Source: Eledone cirrhosa
Taxonomy: Eukaryota
Assembly (NCBI GenBank): GCA_964016885.1
Contig: OZ024744.1
Span: forward strand, 5,456,001-5,520,000
Direction: 5' to 3'
DNA length: 64,000 nucleotides
Position numbers and translations under genes: made by a program. Positions within the stretch are counted from its first letter, which is position 1. The number at the start of each line of letters is the position of its first letter. Below, one piece after another: positions 1-14,600 of the stretch. The notes beneath the pieces were generated by a model. The model saw only the letters and a list, made by a program, of their open reading frames with translations. It had not been told where the DNA came from and ran no database searches.

Positions 1-1269
1 AGACAATTGTGTAGCCGGTAAAGACACCAACAAACTGTTGTGTAGCCGGTAAAGACACCAACAAACTATTGTGTAGCCGGAAAAGACACCAACAAATTAT
101 TGCGTAGCCGGTAAAGACACCAACAAACTATATTATGTAGCCGGTAAAGACACCATCAAACCTATGTGTAGCCGGTAAAGACACCAGCAAACTAATATGT
201 AGCCGGTAAAGACACCAACAAACTATTGTGTAGCCGCTAAAGACACCAACAAACTATTGTGTAGCCGGTAAAGACACCAATAAACTATTGTGTAGCCGGT
301 TAAGACAACAACAAACTATTGTGTAGCCGGTAAAGACACCAACAAACTATTGTGTAGCCGCTAAAGACACCAACAAACTATTGTGTAGCCGGTAAAGACA
401 ACAACAAACTATTGTGTAGCCGGTAAAGACACCAACAAATTAATGTGTAGCCGGTAAAGACACCAACAAACTATTGTGTAGCCGGTAAAGACAACTACAC
501 ACTATTGTGTAGCCGGCATAGACACCAACAAATTAATGTGTAGCCGATAAAGACACCACCACCTATCGTGTAGACGGTAAAGATACCAACAAACTATTCT
601 GTAGCCTGTAAAGACAGAAACAAACTATTGTGTAGCCGGTAAAGACAACAACAAACTATTGTGTAGCCGGTAAAGACAGCAACAGACTACTGTGTAGCCG
701 GTAAAGATACCAACAAACTATTGTGTAGCCGGGAAAGTCACCACCAAACTATTGTGTAGCCGGTAAAGACAGCAACAAACTATTGTGCTGCCGGTAAAGA
801 TACCAACAAACTATTGTGTAGCCGGTAAATGCACCAACATCTTTAGCCGGTAAAGACACGAACAAACTATTGTTTAGACGGTAAAGACAACAAGAAACTA
901 TTGTGTAGCAGCTAAAGACACAAACAAACTGTAGCCGGTAAAGATACCAACAAACTATTCTGTAGCCGGTAAAGACACCAACAAACTATTTTGTAGCCGG
1001 TAAACACACCAACAAACTCTAGCCGGTAAAGACACCAACAAACTGTAGCCGGTAAAGACACAAACAAACTGTAGCCGATAAAAACACCAACAAAGTATTC
1101 TGTAGCCGGTACAGACACAAACAAACTATTGTGTAGCCGGTAAAAACACCAACAAACTATTGTGTTGCCGGTAAAAACACCAATAAACTATTGTGTAGCC
1201 GGTAAAGACACCAACAAACTGTAGCCGGTAAAGATACCAACAAACTATTGTGTAGCTGGGAAACCCACC

Positions 1270-4200
1270 AACAAACCATTGTGTAGCCGGTAAAGACACC
1301 AACAAACTGTAGCCGGTAAAGACACCAACAGACTATTGTGTAATCGGTAAAGACACCAACGAACTAATGTGTAGTCGGTAAAGACACCAACAAACTATTG
1401 TGTAGCCGGTAAAGTCACCAACAAAGTATAGTGCAGCCGGTAAAGACACCAACAAACTATTGTGTAGCCGGTAAAGACACCAACAAACTATTGTGTAGCC
1501 TGTAAAGATACCAACAAACTATTGTGTAGCCGGTAAAGACACCAACAAACTATTGTGTAGCCGGTAAAGACACCAATAAACTATTGTGTAGCCGGTAAAG
1601 ACACCAACAAACTATTGTGTAGCCGGTAAAGACACCAACAAACTATTGTGTAGCCGCTAAAACACCAACAATCTATTGCGTAGCCGGTAAAGACACCAAC
1701 AAACTATTGTGTAACCGGGAAAGACACCAACAAACTATTGTGTAGCCGGTAAAGACACCAACAAACTATTGTGTAGCCGGTAGAGACACTAATAAACTAT
1801 TGAGTAGCCGGTAAAGACAGGAACAAACTAATATGTAGCCTTTAAAGACAACAACAAACTATTGTGTAGCCGATAAAGACACCAACGAACTATTGTGTAG
1901 CCGGTAAAGCCACCAACAAACTATTATGTAGCCGGTAAAGACACCAACAACTATTGTGTAGCCGGTAAATACACCAACAAACTGTAGCCGGTTAAGACAC
2001 CAACAAACTGTAGCCGGTAAAGAAACCAACGAACTATTGTGTAGCCGGTAAAGACACCAACGAACTATTGTGTAGCCGGCAAAGACAACAACAAACTATT
2101 GTGTAGCTGGTAAAGACACCAATAAACTATTGTGTAGCCGGTAAAGACACGAACAAACTAATATGGAGCCGGTAAAGACACCAACAAACTATTGTGTAGC
2201 CGGTAAAGACACCAACAAATATTGTGTAGCCGGTAAAAACACCAACAAACTATTGTGTAGCTGGTAAAGATACCAACAAACTATTGTGTAGCCGGTAAAG
2301 ACACAAAAAATTATTGTGTAGCCGGTAAAGACACCAACAAACTATTGAGTAGCTGGTAAAGACACGAACAAACTAATATCTAGCCGGTAAATACACAAAC
2401 AAACTATTGTGTAGCCGGTAAAGACACTAACAAACTATTGTGTAGCCGGTAAAGACACCAACAGACTATTGTGTAGCCGGTAAAGACACCAACAAACTAT
2501 TGTGTAGCCGCTAAAGTTACCAACAAACTATTGTGTAGCCTGTAAGACACCAACAAACTATTGTGTAACCGGTAAAGACTCCAACAAACTATTGTGTAGT
2601 CGGTAAAGACAACACCACCTATTGTGTAGCCGGTAAAGACACCAACAAAGTATAGTGTAGCCGGTAAAGACACCAACAAACTATTGTGTAGCCGGTAAAG
2701 ATACCAACAAACTATTCTGTAGCCTGTAAAGACAGCAACAAACTATTGTGTAGCCGGTAAAGACAACAACAAACTATTGTGTAGCCGGTAAAGACACCAA
2801 CAGACTGTTGTGTAGCCGGTAAAGACACCAACAATCTATTGTGTAGCCGGTAAAGACACCAACAAACTATTGTGTAGCCGGTAAAGACACCAACAAACTA
2901 TTGTGTAGCCGGAAAAGACACCAACAAATTATTGCGTAGCCGGTAAAGACACAAACAAATTATTGTGTAGCCGGTAAAGACACCAACAAACTAATGTGTA
3001 GCCGGTAAAGAAACCAACAAATTATTGTGTAGGCGGCAAATACACCAACAAACTAATGTGTAGCCGGTAAAGGCACCAACAAACTATTGTTTAGCCGGTA
3101 AAGACACCAACAAACTATTGTGTAGCCGGTAAAGACACCAACAAACTGTAGCCGGTAAAGACACCAACAGACTACTGTGTAGTCGGTAAAGACACCAACG
3201 AACTAATGTGTAGTCGGTAAAGACATCAACGAACTATTGTGTAGCCGGTAAAGTCACCAACAAAGTATAGTGCAGCCGGTAAAGACACCAACAAACTATT
3301 GTGTAGCCGGTAAAGACACCAACAAACTATTGTGTAGCCTGTAAAGATACCAACAAACTATTGTGTAGCCGGTAAAGACACCAACAAACTATTGTTTAGC
3401 CGGTAAAGACACCAATAAACTATTGTGTAGCCGGTAAAGACACCAACAAACTATTGTGTAGCCGGTAAAGACACCAACAAACTATTGTGTAGCCGCTAAA
3501 ACACCAACAATCTATTGCGTAGCCGGTAAAGACACCAACAAACTATTGTGTAACCGGGAAAGACACCAACAAACTATTGTGTAGCCGGTAAAGACACCAA
3601 CAAACTATTGTGTAGCCGGTAGAGACACTAATAAACTATTGAGTAGCCGGTAAAGACAGGAACAAACTAATATGTAGCCTTTAAAGACAACAACAAACTA
3701 TTGTGTAGCCGATAAAGACACCAACGAACTATTGTGTAGCCGGTAAAGCCACCAACAAACTATTATGTAGCCGGTAAAGACACCAACAACTATTGTGTAG
3801 CCGGTAAATACACCAACAAACTGTAGCCGGTTAAGACACCAACAAACTGTAGCCGGTAAAGAAACCAACGAACTATTGTGTAGCCGGTAAAGACACCAAC
3901 GAACTACTGTGTAGCCGGCAAAGACAACAACAAACTATTGTGTAGCTGGTAAAGACACCAACAAACTATTGTGTAGCCGGTAAAGACACGAACAAACTAA
4001 TATGGAGCCGGTAAAGACACCAACAAACTATTGTGTAGCCGGTAAAGACACCAACAAATATTGTGTAGCCGGTAAAAACACCAACAAACTATTGTGTAGC
4101 TGGTAAAGATACCAACAAACTATTGTGTAGCCGGTAAAGACACAAAAAAATTATTGTGTAGCCGGTAAAGACACCAACAAACTATTGAGTAGCTGGTAAA

Positions 4201-4980
4201 GACACGAACAAACTAATATCTAGCCGGTAAATACACCAAAAAACTATTGTGTAGCCGGTAAAGACACTAACAAACTATTGTGTAGCCGGTAAAGACACCA
4301 ACAGACTATTGTGTAGCCGGTAAAGAGACCAACAAACTATTGTGTAGCCGCTAAAGTTACCAACAAACTATTGTGTAGCCTGTAAGACACTAACAAACTA
4401 TTGTGTAACCGGTAAAGACTCCAACAAACTATTGTGTAGTCGGTAAAGACAACAACAAACTATTGTGTAGCCGGTAAAGACACCAACAAAGTATAGTGTA
4501 GCCGGTAAAGACACCAACAAACTATAGTGTAGCCGGTAAAGATACCAACAAACTATTCTGTAGCCTGTAAAGACAGCAACAAACTATTGTGTAGCCGGTA
4601 AAGACAACAACAAACTATTGTGTAGCCGGTAAAGACACCAACAGACTGTTGTGTAGCCGGTAAAGACACCAACAATCTATTGTGTAGCCGGTAAAGACAC
4701 CAACAAACTATTGTGTAGCCGGTAAAGACACCAACAAACTATTGTGTAGCCGGAAAAGACACCAACAAATTATTGCGTAGCCGGTAAAGACACAAACAAA
4801 CTATTGTGTAGCCGGTAAAGACACCAACAAACTAATGTGTAGCCAGTAAAGAAACCAACAAATAATTGTGTAGGCGGCAAATACACCAACAAACTAATGT
4901 GTAGCCGGTAAAGGCACCAACAAACTATTGTTTAGCCGGTAAAGACACCAACAAACTATTGTGTAGCCGGTAAAGACAAC
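1270..4980. repeat. Satellite A higher-order tandem duplication, period ~1840 bp (~60 monomers), 2 copies
   Basis: Rare markers recur at offsets of 1839-1841: CAAAGTATAGTGCAG 1422/3261, TATGGAGCC 2162/4001, TGTAAGACAC 2541/4381 and AGGCGGCAAATAC 3031/4872. Boundaries are approximate. Confidence 0.85.
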
Positions 4981-7900
4981 AACAAACTATTGTGTAGCCG
5001 GTAAAGACACCAACAAACTGTAGCCGGTAAAGACAACAACAAACTATTGTGTAGCCGGTAAAGACAACAATCTATTGTGTAGCCGGTAAAGACACCAACA
5101 AACTAATATGTAGCCGGTAAAGACCCTAACAAACTATTGTGTAGCCGGTAAAGACACCAACAAACTATTGTGTAGCCGGTAAAGACACCAATAAACTATT
5201 GTGTAGCCGGTTAAGACAACAACAAACTATTGTGTAGCCGGTAAAGACACCAACAAACTATATTGTGTAGCCGGTAAAGACACCAAGAAACTAATATGTA
5301 GCCGGTAAAGACACCAACAAACTATCGTGTAGCCGCTAAAGACACCAACAAACTATTGTGTAGCCGGTAAAGACACCATAAAATATTGTGTAGCCGGTTA
5401 AGACACCAACAAACTATTGTGTAGCCGGTAAAGACACCAACAAACTATTGTGTAGCCGTAAAGACACCAGCAAACTAATGTGTAGCCGGTAAAGACACCA
5501 GCAAACTAATATGTAGCCGGTAAAGACACCAACAAACGATCGTGTAGCCGCTAAAGTCACCAAGAAAGTATTGTGTAGCCGGTAAAGACACCAACAAACT
5601 AATGTGTAGACGGTAAAGATACCAACAAACTATTCTGCAGCCTGTAAAGACAGCAACAAACTATTGTGTAGCCGGTAAAGACAACAACAAACTATTGTGT
5701 AGCCGGTAAAGACACCAACAGACTATTGTGTAGCCGGTAAAGACACCAACAAACTATTGTGTAGCCGGTAAAGGCACCAACATATTATTGTGTAGCCGGT
5801 AAAGACACCAACAAACTTTTGTGTAGCCGGTAAAGACACCAACAAACTATTGTGTAGCCGGAAAATACACCAACAAATTATTGCGTAGCCGGTAAAGACA
5901 CCAACAAGCTGTAGCCGGTAAAGACACCAACAAACTGTAGTCGGTAAAGACACCAACAGACTATTGTGTAGCCGGTAAAGATACCAACAAACTATTGTGT
6001 AGCCGGGAAAGACACCACCAAACTATTGTTTAGCCGGTAAAGATACCAACAAACTATTTTGCAGCCGGTAAAGATACCAACATCTTTAGCCGGTAAAGAC
6101 ACGAACAAACTCTTGTTTAGACGGTAAAGACAACAAGAAACTATTGTGTAGCCGGTAAAGACACCAACAAACTGTAGCCGGTAAAGACACAAACAAACTG
6201 TAGCCGATAAAAACACCAACAAACTATTCTGTAGCCGGTACAGACACCAATAAACTATTGTGTAGCCGGTAAAAACACCAACAAACTATTGTGTAGCCGG
6301 TAAAAACACCAATAAACTATTGTGTAGCCGGTAAAGACACCAACAAACTATTGTGTAGCTGGGAAACACACCAACAAACTATTGTGTAGCCGGTAAAGAC
6401 ACCAACAAACTGTAGCCGGTAAAGACACCAACAGACTATTGTGTAGTCGGTAGAGACACCAACGAACTAATGTGTAGTCGGTAAAGACACCAACGAACTA
6501 TTGTGTAGCCGGTAAAGTCACCAACAAAGTATAGTGCAGTCGGTAAAGACACCAACAAACTATTGTGTAGCCGGTAAAGACACCAACAAACTATTGTGTA
6601 GCCGGTAAAGACACCAACAAACTATTGTGTAGCCGCTAAAACACCAACAATCTATTGCGTAGCCGGTAAAGACACCAACAAACTATTGTGTAACCGGGAA
6701 AGACACCAGCAAACTATTGTGTAGCCGGTAAAGACACCAACAAACTATTGTGTAGCCGGTAGAGACACTAATAAACTATTGTGTAGCCGGTAAAGACAGG
6801 AACAAACTAATATGTAGCCTTTAAAGACAACAACAAACTATTGTGTAGCCGATAAAGACACCAACGAACTATTGTGTAGCCGGTAAAGACACCAACAAAC
6901 TATTATGTAGCCGGTAAAGACACCAACAACTATTGTGTAGCCGGTAAATACACCAACAAACTGTAGCCGGTTAAGACACCAACAAACTGTAGCCGGTAAA
7001 GAAACCAACGAACTATTGTGTAGCCGGTAAAGACACCAACGAACTATTGTGTAGCCGGCAAAGACAACACCAAACTATGGTGTAGCTGGTAAAGACACCA
7101 ACAAACTATTGTGTAGCCGGTAAAGACACGAACAAACTAATATGGAGCCGGTAACGACACCAACAAACTATTGTGTAGCCGGTAAAGACACCAACAAATA
7201 TTGTGTAGCCGGTAAAAACACCAACAAACTATTGTGTAGCTGGTAAAAATACCAACAAACTATTGTGTAGCCGGTAAAGACACAAAAAAATTATTGTGTA
7301 GCCGGTAAAGACACCAACAAACTATTGAGTAGCCGGTAAAGACACCAACAGACTATTGTGTAGCCGGTAAAGACACGAACAAACTAATATCTAGCCGGTA
7401 AATACACCAACAAACTATTGTGTAGCCGGTAAAGACACCAACAGACTATTGTGTAGCCGGTAAAGACACTAACAAACTATTGTGTAGCCGCTAAAGTTAC
7501 CAACAAACTATTGTGTAGCCTGTAAGACACCAACAAACTATTGTGTAACCGGTAAAGACTCCAACAAACTATTGTGTAGTCGGTAAAGACAACAACAAAC
7601 TATTGTGTGGCCGGTAAAGACACCAACAAAGTATAGTGTAGCCGGTAAAGACACCAACAAACTATTGTGTAGCCGGTAAAGACACCAACAAAGTATAGTG
7701 TAGCCTGTAAAGACAGCAACAAACTATTGTGTAGCCGGTAAAGACAACAACAAACTATTGTGTAGCCGGTAAAGACACCAACAGACTGTTGTGTAGCCGG
7801 TAAAGACACCAACAATCTATTGTGTAGCCGGTAAAGACACCAACAAACTATTGTGTAGCCGGTAAAGACACCAACAAACTATTGTGTAGCCGGAAAAGAC

Positions 7901-8680
7901 ACCAACAAATTATTGCGTAGCCGGAAAAGACACAAACAAACTATTGTGTAGACGGTAAAGACACCAACAAACTAATGTGTAGCCGGTAAAGAAACCAACA
8001 AATTATTGTGTAGGCGGCAAATACACCAACAAACTAATGTGTAGCCGGTAAAGGCACCAACAAACTATTGTTTAGCCGGTAAAGACACCAACAAACTATT
8101 GTGTAGCCGGTAAAGACAACAACAAACTATTGTGTAGCCGGTAAAGACACCAACAAACTGTAGCCGGTAAAGACAACAACAAACTATTGTGTAGCCGGTA
8201 AAGACAACAATCTATTGTGTAGCCGGTAAAGACAACAACAAACCAATGTGTAGCCGGTAAAGACACCAACAAACTAATATGTAGCCGGTAAAGACCCTAA
8301 CATACTATTGTGTAGCCGGTAAAGACACCAACAAACTATTGTGTAGCCGGTAAAGACACCAATAAACTATTGTGTAGCCGGTTAAGACAACAACAAACTA
8401 TTGTGTAGCCGGTAAAGACACCAACAAACTATATTGTGTAGCCGGTAAAGACACCAAGAAACTAATATGTAGCCGGTAAAGACACCAACAAACTATCGTG
8501 TAGCCGCTAAAGACACCAACAAACTATTGTGTAGCCGGTAAAGACACCATAAAATATTGTGTAGCCGGTTAAGACACCAACAAACTATTGTGTAGCCGGT
8601 AAAGACACCAACAAACTATTGTGTAGCCGTAAAGACACCAGCAAACTAATGTGTAGCCGGTAAAGACACCAGCAAACTAT
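3400..8680. repeat. Satellite A higher-order repeat, period ~3140 bp
   Basis: TATGGAGCC 4001/7141 and AGGCGGCAAATAC 4872/8012 are both offset by 3140. The GACCCTAAC, CCATAAAATATTG and GCCGTAAAG variants recur in the same order at ~5.1-5.5 kb and ~8.3-8.65 kb. Boundaries are approximate. Confidence 0.75.
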
Positions 8681-11600
8681 TGTGTAGCCGGTAAAGACAC
8701 CAACAAACTATTGTGTAGCCGGTAAAGACACCAACAAATTATTGTGTAGCCGGTAAAGACACCAACAAACTTTTGTGTAGCCGGTAAAGACACCAACAAA
8801 CTATTGTGTAGCCGGAAAATACACCAACAAATTATTGCGTAGCCGGTAAAGACACCAACAAGCTGTAGCCGGTAAAGACACCAACAAACTGTAGTCGGTA
8901 AAGACACCAACAGACTATTGTGTAGCCGGTAAAGACACCAATAAATTATTGTGTAGCCGGTAAAGACACCAACAAACTATTGTGTAACCGGTAAAGACTC
9001 CAACAAACTATTGTGTAGTCGGTAAAGACAACAACAAACTATTGTGTAGCCGGTAAAGGCACCAACACCTTTAGCCGGTAAAGACACGAACAAACTCTTG
9101 TTTGGACGGTAAAGACAACAAGAAACTATTGTGTAGCCGGTAAAGGCACCAACAAACTATTGTTTAGCCGATAAAGACACCAACAAACTATTGTGTAGCC
9201 GGTAAAGACAACAACAAACTATTGTGTAGCCGGTAAAGACACAAACAAACTGTAGCCGGTAAAGACACAAACAAACTGTAGCCGGTAAAGATACCAACAA
9301 TCTATTGTGTAGCCGGTAAAGACACCAACAAACTATTTTGTAGCCGGTAAAGACACCAACAAACTGTAGCCGGTAAAGACACCAACAAACTGTAGCCGGT
9401 TAAGACACCAACAAACTGTAGCCGGTAAAGAAACCAACGAACTATTGTGTAGCCGGTAAAGACACCAACGAACTATTGTGTAGCCGGCAAAGACAACAAC
9501 AAAGTATTGTGTAGCTGGTAAAGACACCAACAAACTATTGTGTAGCCGGTAAAGACACGAACAAACTAATATGGAGCCGGTAAAGACACCAACAAACTAT
9601 TGTGTAGCCGGTAAAGACACCAACAAAATATTGTGTAGCCGGTAAAAACACCAACAATCTATTGTGTAGCTGGTAAAGATACCAACAAACTATTGTGTAG
9701 CCGGTAAAGACACAAAAAAATTATTGTGAAACCGGTAAAGACTCCAACAAACTATTGTGTAGTCGGTAAAGACAACAACAAACTATTGTGTAGCCGGTAA
9801 AGACACCAACAAACTATTGTGTAGCCGCTAAAGTTACCAACAAACTATTGTGTAGCATGTAAGACACCAACAAACTATTGTGAAACCGGTAAAGACTCCA
9901 ACAAACTATTGTGTAGTCGGTAAAGACAACAACAAACTATTGTGTAGCCGGTAAAGACACCAACAAAGTATAGTGTAGCCGGTAAAGACACCATCAAACT
10001 ATTGTGTAGCCGGTAAAGATACCAACAAACTATTCTGTAGCCTGTAAAGACAGCAACAAACTATTGTGTAGCCGGTAAAGACAACAACAAACTATTGTGT
10101 AGCCGGTAAAGACACCAACAAATTATTGTGTAGGCGGCAAATACACCAACAAACTAATGTGTAGCCGGTAAAGGCACCAACAAACTATTGTTTAGCCGGT
10201 AAAGACACCAACAAACTATTGTGTAGCCGGTAAAGACAACAACAAACTATTGTGTAGCCGGTAAAGACACCAACAAACTGTAGCCGGTAAAGACAAAAAC
10301 AAACTATTGTGTAGCCGGTAAAGACAACAATCTATTGTGTAGCCGGTAAAGACAACAACAAACCAATGTGTAGCCGGTAAAGACACCAACAAACTAATAT
10401 GTAGCCGGTAAAGACACCAACAAATTATTGTGTAGCCGGTAAAGACACCAACAAACTTTTGTGTAGCCGGTAAAGACACCAACAAACTATTGTGTAGCCG
10501 GAAAATACACCAACAAATTATTGCGTAGCCGGTAAAGACACCAACAATCTGTAGCCGGTAAAGACACCAACAAACTGTAGTCGGTAAAGACACCAACAGA
10601 CTATTGTGTAGCCGGAAAAGATACCAACAAACTATTGTGTAGCCGGGAAAGACACCACCAAACTATTGTGTAGCCGGTAAAGACACCAACAAACTATTGT
10701 GCAGCCGGTAAAGATACCAACAAACTATTGTGTAGCCGGTAAAGGCACCAACATCTTTAGCCGGTAAAGACACGAACAAACTCTTGTTTAGACGGTAAAG
10801 ACAACAAGAAACTATTGTGTAGCCGGTAAAGACACCAAGAAACTGTAGCCGGTAAAGATACCAACAAACTATTGTGTAGCCGGTAAAGACACAAACAAAC
10901 TGTAGCCGGTAAAGATACCAACAAACTATTGTGTAGCCGGTAAAGACACCAACAAAATATTTTGTAGCCGGTAAAGACACCAACAAACTGTAGCCGGTAA
11001 AGACACCAACAAACTGTAGCCGGTAAAGACACAAACAAACTGTAGCCGATAAAAACACCAACAAACTATTGTGTAGCCGGTACAGACACCAACAAACTAA
11101 TGTGTAGCCGGTAAAAACACCAACAAACTATTGTGTAGCCGGTAAAGACACAAACAAACTATTGTGTAGCCGGTAAACAACACCAATAAACTATTGTGTA
11201 GCCGGTAAAGACACCAACAAACTGTAGCCGGTAAAGACACCAACAAACTATTGTGTAGCCGGTAAAGGCAACAACAAACTAATGTGTAGCCGGTAAAGAC
11301 ACCATCGAACTATTGTGTAGCCGGTAAAGACAACAACAAACTATTGGGTAGCCGGTAAAGACAACAACAAACTATTCTGTCGAAAGGAAAGTCACCACCA
11401 AACTATTGTGTAGCCGGTAAAGACACCAACAAACTATTGTGTAGCCGGTAAAGACACCAACAAACTATTGTGTAGCCGCTAAAACACCAACAATCTATTG
11501 CGTAGCCGGTAAAGACACCAACAAACTATTGTGTAACCGGGAAAGACACCAACAAACTATTGTGTAGCCGGTAAAGACACATACAAACTATTGTGTAGCC

Positions 11601-14600
11601 GGTAAAGACACCAACAAACTATTGTGTAGCCGGTGGAGACACTAATAAACTATTGAGTAGCCGGTAAAGACAGGAACAAACTAATATGTAGCCTTTAAAG
11701 ACAACAACAAACTATTGTGTAGCCGATAAAGACACCAACGAACTATTGTGTAGCCGGTAAAGACACCAACAAACTATTGTGTAGCCGGTAAAGACACCAA
11801 CAACTATTGTGTAGCCGGTAAATACACCAACAAACTGTAGCCGGTTAAGACACCAACAAACTGTAGCCGGTAAAGAAACCAACGAACTATTGTGTAGCCG
11901 GTAAAGACACCCACGAACTATTGTGTAGCCGGCAAAGACAACAACAAACTATTGTGTAGCTGGTAAAGACACCAACAAACTATTGTGTAGCCGGTAAAGA
12001 CATGAACAAACTAATATGGAGCCGGTAAAGACACCAACAAACTATTGTGTAGCCGGTAAAGACACCAACAAAATATTGTGTAGCCGGTAAAAACACCAAC
12101 AAACTATTGTGTAGCTGGTAAAGATACCAACAAACTATTGTGTAGCCGGTAAAGACACAAAAAAATTATTGTGTAGCCGGTAAAGACACCAACAAACTAT
12201 TGAGTAGCTGGTAAAGACACGAACAAACTAATATCTAGCCGGTAAATACACCAACAGACTAATGTGTAGCCGGTAAAGACACCAACAAACTATTGTGTAG
12301 CCGCTAAAGTTACCAACAAACTATTGTGTAGCATGTAAGACACCAACAAACTATTGTGAAACCGGTAAAGACTCCAACAAACTATTGTGTAGTCGGTAAA
12401 GACAACAACAAACTATTGTGTAGCCGGTAAAGACACCAACAAAGTATAGTGTAGCCGGTAAAGACACCAACAAACTATTGTGTAGCCTATAAAGATACCA
12501 ACAAACTATTCTGTGGCCTGTAAAGACAGCGACAAACTATTGTGTAGCCGGTAAAGACAACAACAAACTATTGTGTAGCCGGTAAAGACACCAACAATCT
12601 ATTGTGTAGCCGGTAAAGACACCAACAAACTATTGTGTAGCCGGTAAAGACACCAACAAACTATTGTGTAGCCGGTAAAGACACCAACAAATTATTGCGT
12701 AGCCGGTAAAGACACAAACAAACTATTGTGTAGCCGGTAAAGACACCAACAAACTAATGTGTAGCCGGTAAAGAAACCAACAAATTATTGTGTAGGCGGC
12801 AAATACACCAACAAACTAATGTGTAGCCGGTAAAGGCACCAACAAACTATTGTTTAGCCGGTAAAGACACCAACAAACTATTGTGTAGCCGGTAAAGACA
12901 ACAACAAACTATTGTGTAGCCGGTAAAGAAACCAACAAACTGTAGCCGGTAAAGACAACAACAAACTATTGTGTAGCCGGTAAAGACAACAATCTATTGT
13001 GTAGCCGGTAAAGACAACAACAAACCAATGTGTAGCCGGTAAAGACACCAACAAACTAATATGTAGCCGATAAAGACCCTAACAAACTATTGTGTAGCCG
13101 GTAAAGACACCAACAAACTAATATGTAGCCGGTAAAGACACCAACAAACGATCGTGTAGCCGCTAAAGACACCAAGAAACTATTGTGTAGCCGGTAAAGA
13201 CACCAACAAACTAATGTGTAGCCGGTAAAGACACCAACAAACTATTGTGTAGACGGTAAAGATACCAACAAACTATTCTGCAGCCTGTAAAGACAGCAAC
13301 AAACTATTGTGTAGCCGGTAAAGACAACAACAAACTATTGTGTAGCCGGTAAAGACACCAACAGACTATTGTGTAACCGGTAAAGACACCAACAAACTAT
13401 TGTGTAGCCGGTAAAGACACCAACAAATTATTGTGTAGCCGGTAAAGACTCCAACAAACTATTGTGTAGCCGGTAAAGACACCAACAAGCTGTAGCCGGT
13501 AAAGACACCAACAAACTGTAGTCGGTAAAGACACCAAAAGACTATTGTGTAGCCGGTAAAGATACCAACAAACTATTGTGTAGCCGGGAAAGACACCACT
13601 AAACTATTGTGTAGCCGGTAAAGACACCAACAAACTATTGTGCAGCCGGTAAAGATACCAACAAACTATTGTGTAGCCGGTAAAGGCACCAACATCTTTA
13701 GCCGGTAAAGATACCAACAAACTATTGTGTAGCCGGTAAAGGCACCAACATCTTTAGCCGGTAAAGATACCAACAAACTATTGTGTAGCCGGTACAGACA
13801 CCAACAAACTAATGTGTAGCCGGTAAAAACACCAACAAATTATTGTGTAGCCGGTAAAGACACAAACAAACTATTGTGTAGCCGGTAAACAACACAATAA
13901 ACTATTGTGTAGCCGGTAAAGACACCAACAAACTGTAGCCGGTAAATACACCAACAAACTATTGTGTAGACGGTAAAGACACAAACAAACTGTAGCAGGT
14001 AAAGACACCAACAGACTATTGTGTAGCCGGTAAAGGCAACAACAAACTAATGTGTAGCCGGTAAAGACACCATCGAACTATTGTGTAGCCGGTAAAGACA
14101 ACAACAAACTATTGTGTAGTCAGTAAAGTCACCACCAAACTATTGTGTAGCCGGTAAAGACACCAACAAACTATTGTGTAGCTGGTAAACACACCAACAA
14201 ACTATTGTGTAGCCGGTAAAGACACCAACAAACTATTGTGTAGCCGGTAAAGACACAAACAAACTGTAGCAGGTAAAGACAGCAACCGACTATTGTGTAG
14301 TCGGTAAAGACACCAAGAAACTATTGTGTAGCCGGTAAAGACACCAACAAACTATTGTGTAGCCGGTAAAGACACCAACAAACTATTGTGTAGCCGGTAA
14401 AGTCATCAAGAAACTAATGTGTAGCCGGTAAAGACACCAACAAACTATAGCCGGTAAAGACCCAAAGAATCTGTAGCCGGTAAAGACACAAACAAACTAT
14501 TGTGTAGCCGGTAAAGATACCAACAATCTATTGTGTAGCCGGTAAAGACACCAATAAACTATTGTGTAGCCGGTAAAGACACCAACAAACTGTAGCCGGT

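Noticed and set aside
1-11. Possible left edge of array A (AGACAATTGTG)
   Set aside because: It is compatible with variant monomers seen internally (AGACTATTGTG; AAACAATTGTG at ~14824), so it is probably only the window cut.
912-11064. Minus-strand ORFs of 60-133 aa (VSLPAT/VGVFTGY/CWCLYRL motifs)
   Set aside because: These are the three frames of the 31-bp monomer in rotation. They stay open only where 26-bp or point variants skip the stop, and they have no unique sequence or gene context.
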